A stretch of 64,000 bases of DNA from Podarcis gaigeae (taxonomy: Eukaryota): the NCBI GenBank assembly GCA_964106915.2, contig OZ066919.1; one strand, written 5' to 3'. Shown here piece by piece: positions 36,099 to 47,400 of this stretch (position 1 is the first letter of the stretch; every line of letters begins with the position of its first letter). The notes beneath the pieces are model-generated. The model saw only the letters and a program-made list of their open reading frames with translations, was not told the DNA's origin and made no database searches. The translations under genes and the position numbers were made by a program.

Positions 36099-39000
36099 TG
36101 CTACGCAGTTGTAGGGTTGCCATATGTCTGGGGGTTTTGCCATCAAAAACTGTGTCTGGGCAGAAATCACTTAAAATGTTTGGGGAAATCCAGACGTATA
36201 GTGTAGATTTTGGCGAACATCCTTAAAAATAGCTCAGAAATTACCCCCCGATATTTCACAAAAAACTCAACATTTTGGGCAAAACTAAAAAACACACACA
36301 CAAAACTCAACAACTTTGGTTTACTGTTTAATTGCTTTGTGCCTGCAAGTTTTGGGGTGGATGTACTGCTTTGTTTCTGATCAGTGCATGTCCTGTTCTT
36401 CCTGCTGAAATTTCTTCTCTCTCTCTCTGGTTTTTCTTGTGCTGTGGGGCAATTGCCCCTCCAGATGGCAATAGTGCGGTGACATTGTGGAAGCATCGCA
36501 GAACTAAAAAAGCAGAATGCTGTGTGAATGGTAATAGTCCCATATAATTGCACACACCCTGTCAATGGCAAGTGGCAGAAGACAACCACAAACACACCAG
36601 TCTGCAGTGGCCCTCAGATGAAGGAGAAACTCTATTTTCTGGTCCTTCAAAAAATAACAATATTTATTGGAGCCTGAAGTCACTTTTTGGAGAACACACT
36701 TCTCCATTGCCTCAGTTGCAGCTTTTACAGAACCCCCTCCCCCTTGTTGTTGTTTTTCTGGAAGCTCATCACACATATTTATTATCTCATTGTTTGTTGT
36801 CATTTCCTGCCAGTGAGGAAGGGGCTGTTCCTGTTCAGTTCATCTTTTCTGTGTGCCCATTTTATAAAGGCCCTAGTGGAGAAATCCTGGATCTGGGATT
36901 GAGAGCAGGATGCAACAATTCTCTTCCAGAGACTGTCAGAAGGCACTGTAAGAGGGCACAAGGGGCTAATGCCCCCCAGTTGCCCCCCCAAAAAAGTTCA
37001 GAATTTGTAGATGATCCTGTGGGAGCAATATGGACCTGGTCCCAAATATCAGTGTTCTGTATATGTGTATTTTGGATGATAGGCTGAGGCAGAGATTGGT
37101 GTATTGATATTATGGCACTTGCTTTTCTGATTTTCCGATTTTATCAGTTTGTGCATATGTATAGATGTCTGTTTGTATACATACATACATACATACAGTT
37201 ATATAGCTGGTTAGCTAGAACTGATACTCATTTTTGGGTAACCATTACAGTGCTTCCAGATTGGCTGTTTATTTGCACAAAATGTGATTGTTACCCTGCA
37301 CTTTCTAGTGCAATTTTCCATCCCTTTTTTAACTGCAAAAGAAATCTGATAAGAAAAGTTATGGAAAACTACATTGCAAAGTGTGAGATAGCAACCACTA
37401 GGTTCCACATGAGGGATGCTTGAGAAGCAGAAGACATCAAATAAACTCCATGCAAGTTGTGGATGTTAGCGGCAGGAATGCTCAGTAATCAGCCCGCCTG
37501 GGAACTCCCTCTCTCACTGATAAGAGTCTTGCCCTGCTTTCTATATTTTTGGTGAGCTGTCTGCCTGCCTTTTCGTCTTTCTGTCAAAGCTTTGCTTGGG
37601 TGCCAAAGCAATCAGGAGCTTCTTTTTGAAAGCAAGCACAGCCAAGTTTTTAAACACTGCAAAATCACTCTTGAGGAGAGAGCATTTGTGATGTCATGAG
37701 ACAGCTGCCAATCAATACTGGAGAGGATTAGGTACACATGACAATGATGTGAGTGCGTTTCCAGAACACAGCGATGACTCCTTCTGTGTCTGTGCATCCC
37801 AACTCTACTACTAAAGTCTCTCCTATACAACTATTGAGTCCTGTTTCTTTCCCTATGCTTCGATTCTCAAACGAATTGGCTTATGTACTGAATACATGCT
37901 TTGCACATCAGCTCTCTGGATCCTTCCTTACATTCCGATAAGCAACTAAGCTTTGGACCAAGAAAAGTCCTACCACAAGAAATGGTTTGGTGCCGCAAGG
38001 TTCTTTGGGCTCAGCTTCATTAGTAAAGAAAAAGTGTTCTATATGTGTTATAACTCTGTGACACCAGATGGCACTGTGGAGTCCCATCATTCTCCAACGT
38101 GATTTCCCATAATAAAGCTTACAACGCATTTTCCTGAAACGCTTTTTTGATGTGTCCAGCCCCAGTTGCTTTTGACCATCCCAACTGGAATTTGTCCCTC
38201 TGGAAGACATTAATTTAGCCTTCTGATATAGAATACTCATGCATCTGGAAAAGGAGACGCTTGCTGCTGCAAGATGTATTAACTAGATTATTCCACAGGG
38301 CTCCTATTTTGCTTTTCCCCAATATAGTCTTAACATTGACTACCGTTTTGGAACAGGCCCATTTTGTCTGTTCTGCCCTGGATCTCAGCCCACCAGGTTA
38401 CAAACATGCTGACCACTTTGACTCCATGTATCCTGTGAAGTAAATTTATGCTTCTGGTCGAAGCTGATTAAATCAATTTCTATTAGAATCCAGGAATATT
38501 CTAATATGAGCAGGAGCAATTGGCATTTGTCTTTTGGATAAACGAAAGCAGGTCACTGAATCCATCTCTTTCCAGATCTGTTGGCTTTCCTTTTATTTTG
38601 GCACGAGGAGCCTTTGCTGTTTGGTGCCCAGCAGAAGATTTCTTCCTACTCATGAACAAAGATGAAAAGATCTAGCCTATTAACTCTTCTCGCTCCACCA
38701 AGAAGTTCCTGCTTTGAAGCCTCATATACAGTCTAAGCAGGCCCCCTTTGTGCAGAGTTTCCCAGCCACTCGTGCTCCCAAGATCCCATTTTCTGCTGTC
38801 TGAGAGGCCTTATGGCCAGCTCTCCACAGTGAAAAACTGGAACAACTCATATGTGTTTCAGGATCCAGCCAACTGCCGGCTTTCTTGGCTTGCCAGTTTG
38901 CCTCTAGTCCATAGAGAAGGAGCCAATCTTTCAGGGAGGCATCAAGCCAAGAGCAGCGACTGTGTGAAATTGACCGCGAGTGGCACAGAGATTCTCTCTT

Positions 39001-39832
39001 CCTCCTCCTTTCATTATGTAACACAATTTCAAATGTAACGTGGGATGGGTTCAACTTTCCATTTTGTGTGTGTGTGCATTTTAAGCTAATCAGAGAAATT
39101 TAAATCGCCCTGTTCAGAATTCTGTAGAGCAGGAATGCATGCTATTTACTGGTATTCATTCACTGAAAAGGAGCCCTTTGTTGTTGCTGTCCAAAAGAGG
39201 CAACATAAACATCTTCACTAGCTATCCAAAGCATTCTTGTAAAGAGCCCAGACATTACTTAGAATCTCAAGGTCAAAGGTGAAAGACCTTCCCAGGTGGT
39301 CATAAGTGAGGTACAGCCATTGCAGGGGACGCACACCTTTCCTTATAATAGTGCACTGTCTGAAGAAATATTCCTTCCCCAGAAACAAATTAAGGTGTCT
39401 TATTTCTGCCCCTTCCATTCCACAGGTGTGAGAGCCAGATGGACTTTGATTGTAGGCAGTCCAGGAGAGGCACTTGCCTGAGTCCCTGGAAGCTCAGGTG
39501 CCTAAGAAGCTGCCAAGGATTGAACCCTAGTTCATTCAGTCTAGAGGATTATGGGTTCACAGAACTGCAAGATTCTGATTGGATAGTACCATGTAGCATG
39601 ACTTGTGACAAGAGGCGCATTTGTGCGCCTCTGAGCCCATGCCAGTTCGCACAATTCACAAACACTTTATTGTACTTCTAAAAAAAACAAAAGTTAAAGA
39701 ACTTAATAAAATTATTCATCTCTCCCAGGCATGGGGAACCTCAGGACTGAGGTCTGAATGTGACCCTCAGGCCTTTCCCAAGGCAAAAATGCGCCCCCCC
39801 CCCCAGCAACAACACTGCCCCTCTTTTCTACC

Positions 39833-40223
39833 CAGGATTTAGGTTTGATGAGGCCCTAAGCTACTGAAGGTAATGGGACCCTTTATATGTCCAGCTGTCC
39901 TTTGTCAACAACAAATTGTCACTGTTTTTTGTGTTGAATATATGCTATACAGTTTGGTCATTTATGGACCTAATGGGTATCTAAAGCCATTTGCACATAA
40001 CAAAATATGTATTTTATCAAAGCAGGCGGAGCCCATTACTTACATCATAGGAGCCTGCACAACACAAAACACTGTTGCTGTATGTAGGTTTTATTTTCTT
40101 TGTTTTTTATCTTATATTTTGGAAATGTACATCCAGTTCTTTTTCTTTATTTTTTTGGGGGCCCCCCAAGTGAGTGGGGCCCTAAGCTATAGCTTGTTTA
40201 GCTTATACGTAAATCCAGCACTG
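39833..40223. mobile_element. hAT-type non-autonomous element
   Basis: Ends CAGGATTTA / TAAATCCAGCACTG; TSD TTTCTACC / CTTCTACC; internal GGCCCTAAGCTA repeats. Confidence 0.7.
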
Positions 40224-41039
40224 CTTCTACCCCATCTCTTTGCTGTCCTTGAGTGCTTTTGTCTGACAGGAATTGTGCCATTGAACTATGATAATCCCTC
40301 TTGTTGGCCTGGATGGAGAGAGAGGGTTGTGTAGAAACCTCCGACTTGTGCGAGGCCTGTGGTACAAAGCAGTACAAAGGCAAGAATTACATCTGTTGCT
40401 CTTCCCACTTTTGCCTCTAGCTCTGTCTTCTCCTCAAGAAGGTTGTCCCTGAGGCGATGGGGTCCTTGGACTGAGAAAGGTTTGTCAAAATTTTAGGCCT
40501 TCCCTTCTCTCCGGAGTAGTCCCATTGGGAGCAAATCGTATGGGTTAAGTCTGAAGAGGCAGCCAACCTGCAGAGTCACAGCGGTAACCCACAAAACATA
40601 CAGACTGTCAAATCAAAGGCACCACAGCATGTTGTGGTTTCTGTTGGAAATGGGCTGAACTGGATTAAGCCCCAAACATCTGAAGGAGGAGCCACAATAC
40701 AGGCTTTCCAACCAAGGCCATCCGCTGAGCTCTTCCTGGTGGTTTCTCTTGCCAGTTCCACCTCCCCCTCCTCCAGCGCACAGAAATGATTGCCCAGAGT
40801 TTCACGATAACACTGTTTTGAAAATGTCCTGGCCAGAACATAAAAAAGAGGGAAACACTGCTGTTTTCTTTTCAGTTATTCTTCCAAAAATATGACTTAG
40901 TTGAGTTTTGATCATTCCACAGCACTCTTATTTGCTTGAGAGCACATTGTGTAGCTCCTTCGGGCATGGCCTGTTACGGCCTCGCAATTTATGTGACAGA
41001 GCAATTTGCTGCAGAACAGCAGAACCACGGAGTCAGAGG

Positions 41040-41460
41040 TAGGGTTGGGGGGAGAAACTTGATTCAGTTTGCATTTAAAGGTGAATCTACCTAATTTGTA
41101 TTTTCTGGAACAACAGGAGAACTGAAGCATGTCTTTTGAAAGATGTGTTTCTCCTAATTTTGCAACGCAGTTCTCCTTCCAGTTAAAGTGGACGAAAATC
41201 CATACACCGAGGTGCATAGAAATGAATATATATATGTAAATGAAAATGGTAACACAAAGTGCATTATATAAGGAGACATTGCATACAAACTTGTGCATAT
41301 TAGGAGAAATAGACACTAACAGGCTGATTAATTTTCCTGAGGACCTTTAAAAAAAAAAAAGCAAAAAGCCACAAACTGCTGCAGCAATGTGGAGAATTAA
41401 ACTTAAGGAAAAATGAGACACTGAGAGAAAATGAAATTGACACATTCACTCATCCTTAGT
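41040..41460. repeat. Old interspersed repeat, copy of 33545-33972
   Basis: Same motifs; TAGGGTTGG ... CATCCTTA imperfect inverted ends. Confidence 0.6.
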
Positions 41461-41934
41461 TGAAAGGGGTCTTATAAGTCATCTAGTCCAATCCCAATCA
41501 GTTCAAGAAAGTCGGAGATCTCAAGCATCCCTAACAGGTGGCCGTCTGGCCTCTGCACAAAGACATCCAGTGAGAGAGATTCACCCCATCCAGACTAGGT
41601 TTCATTGTCAAATTGCTCTTACTACAAAGACATTTCTTCTAACAGTTGACCCAAATCTACATTCTTTGCATTGATAAAGTAATTTGATTGTGTGGCTGCT
41701 TCATTTGCTGCTTCTAGTTCTTTTGCTCTCTCTACTTCTGTGTTCAGGTGACGATTGCACAGTAACTCTAAGCTGGAATGACCTTCTAAGGCTGACCATG
41801 GATTCCTGTCCCGTTTGTAGCAGAGAAAAGCTGAAGCTGTACTTTTCTGCCAAAGGCCCTGGATGCAGCACTGCCTCTGCACAAGAGATCCAGGAGCACT
41901 GAAAGGGTCCTGGCATAGGGTGTGTGAACATCAG

Positions 41935-42092
41935 GGTGACCTCTCTGATGGTAAGAGCTGTTCGACAGTGAAGGAGACCCCTTGGGAAGGTGGTGGGCTC
42001 TCCTTCCTTGGGGATTTTAAAGCAGAGGTTGGGTGGCCATCTGTCATGGATGCTTTAGTCGAGATTCTTGCATTGCAGGAGGGTGGACAATG
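41935..42092 (+). mobile_element. CR1 3' fragment
   Basis: GTGGTGGGCTCTCCTTCCTTGG..TTTTAAAGCAGAGGTTGG..GGCCATCTGTC. Confidence 0.6.
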
Positions 42093-42919
42093 CGATGCTT
42101 CTCTGGTTATGCTTTTGGCACAATGCCCTTCCAGAAAGAAAGGCTAGGACTCGTGTTCAGTGTTAGACCTACTCAGCAGCAGACCCAATGACATTAATGG
42201 GCGGGACTAACTTAGGTTTGTTCATTTCAATGGGTCTAGAACATAGTTGGCTATAATCAAAGGCTGCAGCCTTAATTAATGTATGCGCTGCATGCTAGGT
42301 GACTCAAAGTGATGCCACTGAGTGTGAAAGGTGACGTAAGGCAATATGGAAGCTCTGTCTGTGGCAGTAGCAGCTGGTGGTGTGGGGCGGAGTCACCCTC
42401 CCAGTACTGGTGGCCCAGCAGTTTACAGAAATGGGGCTGGGGAAGCGGCAAAGTGGGGCTGCATACCAGATTGGCTCTGCCGGTGCATCTGTCCAGTGCC
42501 TTTGCCCTCACCCTGACCTGCCCCATCCAAGCAAGGTGTAGAAATGTCTGTAGCGGGAAGGCTGCTCCCCGTGGCTCTCTGCTGCTCCACCCCCATGTTT
42601 CGTCCTTTCTTATATTTTTAATTGTTATCTAATCTGCTTTTATAAATGTCTGCCATGTGAGTTCATGTCAATAATGGAAAGCTGCAACTAATATGAAAAG
42701 CAGAATAAGAATGTGAAAGAAAGAACAGAGATATTTGCAGGCATAATTTTACTTATTTTTATTTTAACATTATATTGCAATCTGCCTCGAACATATGCAG
42801 ATGGAAAGGTGGGGGTTAAATGATGATGATGATAATAATTCATAATATTTGAACTGGGCTTCATAAGGTATTCATTCTGTCTCTGTAGGCTCACCTGTAT
42901 TTGACAGTGTCAAAGGCAG

Positions 42920-43063
42920 GATCCATAGCTCTGTGGTTAGACCACGTGCTTGGCCTGCACAAGACTCTTAATCTTAAAATCAGTCTTGGGTTTGAACCTC
43001 ATTGCAGGGGGTTGGACTGGATGACCTTTGGGATCCCTTCCAACTCTATGAGTCTATGATTCT
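42920..43063 (+). mobile_element. tRNA-head / CR1-tail SINE remnant; relatives at 49668-49773 (+) and 51565-51675 (-)
   Basis: CATTGCAGGGGGTTGGACT.GATGACC..CCCTTCCAACTCTA..CTATGATTCTA tail. Confidence 0.65.
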
Positions 43064-43848
43064 AAGATTACTAGGTTCAATCTGCAGGCCGTTCAGCAAA
43101 GAGGAAATCTGTTAGCAGGAGTGGGCTACATATGTGCTTTGTATTGAGTTACTGCAGGCCAGTGGTGGGTGGAGCTAGAGTCAGAAGTGGGCGGAGCCAA
43201 AGGTAGGTGGCTCAGTGGATGCCACTCTGACCCTTGTATAGTAGGCTGCATTCAGGCATGCAAAAGTCTGGGAACCCTACAGCCCGCCTCTCCATCCAGG
43301 CAACTGAGGCAAGCAAGAAACATTCTGGCAGTTCAAGGTCACATTCCAGCCCAGCAAAGGCACTCTGTCAGGGAGAGGGGCTGTGCCCTAGTGAGGCCCC
43401 TGAGGTGGGGGATAGAGAAGTCTCTCAGCCTTTCTTTGTGTGCTATGTTCGTTCTAATTCTCTTGGGAAATTAAAGCTGTACTTCCTTGGGATGGAAGTA
43501 CTATCGTACCCTGAAGAAACAAGTGTCTGGGGAGTACTGTGGGCGTTTTTTTCCCCAGGTTTCCTTCAAAAAAGCTTTCCAAAGACCCATGCCACAACAT
43601 GCCTATTGCTTCTCGAATTCCTTACATACACAACTGCTCCCCCTTATCCCCTTGAGACGCTGTCCTCCAATCGTGTTCATGCATAGAATATATACAGTAC
43701 ATTTTTCCTTCTGGAAGCTATGCAATGGAATGCGTTTGAGAAAGAAAGAAAGAAGAAAAAAAACCCACGCGAAAGTAATCCTGTAATTTGACGCCAGGAA
43801 AAGCAAAACGGGGCAGCAACTTGATCTCCAGGGATGAGAGAAACTCCA

Positions 43849-43861
43849 ATTAATGTTTAAC
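43849..43861 (+). promoter_or_regulatory. HNF1 site, PCSK9 promoter
   Basis: ATTAATGTTTAAC; human site recalled as GTTAATGTTTAAT. Confidence 0.85.
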
Positions 43862-43871
43862 GAGATAGGAT

Positions 43872-43877
43872 GGTCCG
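43872..43877 (+). promoter_or_regulatory. HINFP-like element GGTCCG between the HNF1 site and the SRE
   Basis: Within spacer AGATAGGATGGTCCGATGGG; same position as the HINFP site described in human. Confidence 0.6.
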
Positions 43878-43888
43878 ATGGGATAATA

Positions 43889-43898
43889 GTGGCGTGAT
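43889..43898 (+). promoter_or_regulatory. Sterol regulatory element (SRE-1), PCSK9 promoter
   Basis: GTGGCGTGAT (ATCACGCCAC), same as the recalled human PCSK9 SRE; 366 nt upstream of the ATG. Confidence 0.9.
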
Positions 43899-44254
43899 CC
43901 GGCACATCCACGCCCCAAAAAGATTTAGAGGAGCACATGGAAAGGCAAAGGGGAGGAGGGAAAGTCGAAGCGGCGAGAGAGAAGCGGGCGAAGGGGGTGT
44001 GCGCGCGCGCTGTGTGTGCAAGCGAGCTGTGGGATGCGATTTCCATTTGCTGTTCTTTCGCCCGCTGCAACTGCCGCCGCGCCAAGGGCAGCTCGCTCCA
44101 GTAGCCCGCTGAGTGCAGGGCCCCGCCGGGTTCTAGGCTCCGCCCGCGCCGGGTTCTAGGCGTCGCGCTGCGCTCCAGAGCCGAGCCTTTCCGCGTGCGG
44201 CGGCTTCTTCTGGGTCTCTGCCGACTCCCGCGTTCTTCCCAAGCGGGGGACACG

Positions 44255-44452
44255 ATGGGCGGCCGCTGCTTGCGCGCTCCGCTGCTGCTGCTGCTGTTCC
44301 TGCTGGGCGCGCTCTCTCCGGCTGCCGCCAACCTCGACGATCCGGACGAGGACGACGACGACCTGGTGGCGTCCTTCGCCTTCGAGGAGGAGAGCCAGGC
44401 CGACTTGGGGAAATACCGGAGCGGGTCCGCCGCTTTCCATCGGAGCAATAAG
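44255..44452 (+). CDS. PCSK9: PCSK9 exon 1
   Basis: [15 protein letters not shown]...AFHRSNK|GTGACC. Confidence 0.9.
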
Positions 44453-47400
44453 GTGACCGTGGCGGAGAGGAGGACCAGAGGGACTGGGAAGGCTCCGGCT
44501 CCGGCTGGTGCCCTTGCTGCTTCTCTCCCACTCGCCTTGCGGTGGCCTGGAGGTGCACCTCCCTCCTCCGAGATCTAGTTTGAGGACTCTGGTCGTTCCA
44601 GACAGGCGGGGTTTGGGGGGCAGCGAGAGCCCCTGGCTCCCGTGCAAAAGTAGCTTTACGCGCTGCAATGGAGCTTATTGATTATTTCATAAAATGTATA
44701 TATGCCTCTTGACTTCCGAAAAAGTCGAAGAGATTTTTTTTTTTAAAAAAAAGACCTTAGGCTGCAGTTGCCCGGGAGTATAAACTCCAGCGAATTCAGT
44801 GGGACTACTGAAGGGATTGGCAATTGTAAGGATTGCCCCATAGAGGCCCCGGGTTCGCATTGCACAGATGCTCGTTCCTTTGCTTGCGAGCAGGCAGCCC
44901 CTAAACCAGAGAGGATCTTGCCTGGCGCTGCCTTGCTCCCTGCCCTCTGGAACCCCCCCCCCCCCGCGCCCCACCTGAAGCCGAGTGTGCATTATTGGGA
45001 AGCTTTGCGTGCCTGCCTCCAACCCCAGCATCTCCAGGCAGGACCGGGAATGGTTCCCTGCGTGAAAACCCTGGAGGGCCGCTGCCAGTCCGTGCCGGCA
45101 ACACTACGCTAGAAGGGTCTGACTCAGTTTGAGGCGGCTTCCTAAATGGGCTGTGCTTTCTTGGGCGGGAAAGAAAATAATCTCTCTGCACATTGTCTCT
45201 TTGCACATGCCCCAGGCTGCTCTCATCATTATAGTCAGCTTCACTTGTTTCTGGGCTGGGCTCTGGCATTCAGAAACATTTCCATGGGAGGATCCTAGGT
45301 TGACTTGAAGCCCTGTTTCTGTGGCACTGCTTCCCCAACCCCTTCCCCTGTCTGGAAACTTGATTTCCCCATTTGGAAGGATACTAGTGGATGCCAAATT
45401 CAGACACCCGCGGTAGGTCAGGGCCTGGGATGGGCTTATTATTAGCATCATCATTCATGAAGCAAAGGCTCTTGTGGGAACAGGGACCCAATATCCCCCT
45501 CCCCCGTTATTTTGGATCTGTTCTGTTTCCTTATGAAGTCACCCCTCTATCCTCTACGGAACTGTAATGCTCTCTTTTTTGGGGAGGGGGGTGTTGTCTC
45601 TTGAAGAAGGGACATTTGAAATCTTATGTTCAGGCAGCAGGAGGAAGAGGCTTTGTGAAGCATCCATTTTAGGAAACTTGGCCAGGCACCAGTCATATAC
45701 TGTTGTAACATTGGGCATGCTTTAAAGGCATCCAGGATATTTTGCAACGAATGCACACCTGTTGCATTTTGCCTTCATTCAGAACCTCCTCGTCTACTGA
45801 AAGGTAGAGCTGCCTATTAAGATCTTGTGATCTCTGGTGACATTGGAACTATTCATTTTTTAAAATGCCTGCTCTGTCTTGCATGCAAATTGAAAGATCT
45901 GGCATCCAGGGAGCGTTTGGGGAATGCAGGGGTTGTTCTCCTGGCACTCTGCGTTGTATTGTCTTTCTTTTGTCTTTGGGGCACTTCTGAGCCTTGCCTC
46001 TTTTGAGTGGATGCCTTCGTGCAGTCCACCTGCGTTGCAAGGTCCAGCCATGATAGAGAATATCTGCTGCCTTGGCTTGTGCTGTGCAGGGTGCAAGGCT
46101 GACCTACCTCCTCTCACTGCTAGGGAGTGTCAGGAAGAGCCAAGGTGTTCTTGCAAATTCACTTCCCTGGCTTTTAGAGGTGAAGTCTGCCCAGCGATGA
46201 ACCAGGTGGTATGGTCAATACTGGAAGCAGTGAGCAGTCAGCATCTGGATTTCCTAGATGTGCATGCAGGTCTCTCCCCCCCCCCCCGGCTAAAAATAAA
46301 TAAATGGGTCACTGGATTTTGTTTTTGGCTTCTTTTAAAAAAAATCAGAACAGTGTAGGGGTGCGTGAAAAATGAAAAGAGAAAGGAACACAAATGGAGA
46401 TTGCTAAAAGATGGGGGGCATCTGTATGTGATCAGCGCAGGAGATCTGTAATTGGATCTCTCAGCATCTTAAGAAGCACTTATAGGTGGGGTGGGGAAAT
46501 GATTTGGATCAGGATTTAGTGCTGAAAGACAGGTTTTTAAACATTTCCCCCAGTTTAAATTTCCTCTACCCAACGCTGCCACAGAGACGAGAGAAAGCAC
46601 ATCCAGTAATGGTTTATGTCTTCCCCCCTCCACGCTCCACAGCTAATAGCAGCTTCTGGGAGGTGGGGATTTTAAATCATAGAAACAGTGCAGAGAAGAA
46701 GCTCCCCGGCCCCAGTTCACTCAGCATCCAACCCTGATCCAAATCGGAGGATGTGACTGCTTTTGAGCAAAGATGTTGGGAGGTCTGATTCTGGATCTCC
46801 CATGTCCCATTCATCTCAGCCCTGTGCGATTGACTAGAAGATGGGAGAATAATTTGTGCTGGATTCAGCAAGATTTGCTTCACAGAATTCCTGGTCCTCC
46901 CCTCTTTCTCATAGTTGCCTCTGATATACGGTACAGAATCAGCTTCCTTCTAAGGGGCAGATTATAGATGACATGGTGATGTGTGCAACAAACTCCCAAT
47001 TTATTTTTTAAAAAATAAAAAGCAGATTTTTAGTAGAGGTGTGTGAGCTTGTGTTTACGCAATCCTTTCTCTGCTGATCAGTTTCCTCACTCAAAATCTC
47101 TCCCTCTCCTGCTATTTCTTACACAAAGTTCCATACGCTTGTATCCATATCTGTGGGTGGAATTGCTAGGAGGGAGAGATTTTGAACTGGAAAAACGACC
47201 AGCACATCTTTCCTTCACTTTCAAAACCACATCAATTCTTAGTTGTCGTTCACTACGCAAATAAAGATTGTGCCTCATCTCTTTTGAGGCTATAAAGCAA
47301 AAATGATTTTTGGATAAATGCAGGGAACCCTTTCCAAGTTTTGCTCAATTTGCAGCCTGATGGAGAATTCTGGTGGACCTCACTATTTTGATTAGCCATA

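Larger units (their letters stand above)
43880..44670. promoter_or_regulatory. CpG island over the PCSK9 promoter and exon 1
   Basis: High GC and CpG density. Confidence 0.85.

Noticed and set aside
36548-37087. 179-aa intergenic ORF
   Set aside because: Non-ATG start, no splice context, no recognisable motif
43603-44448. 281-aa minus-strand ORF, the longest in the track
   Set aside because: Antisense shadow of the GC-rich CpG island and PCSK9 exon 1; low-complexity Ser/Arg content, no domain
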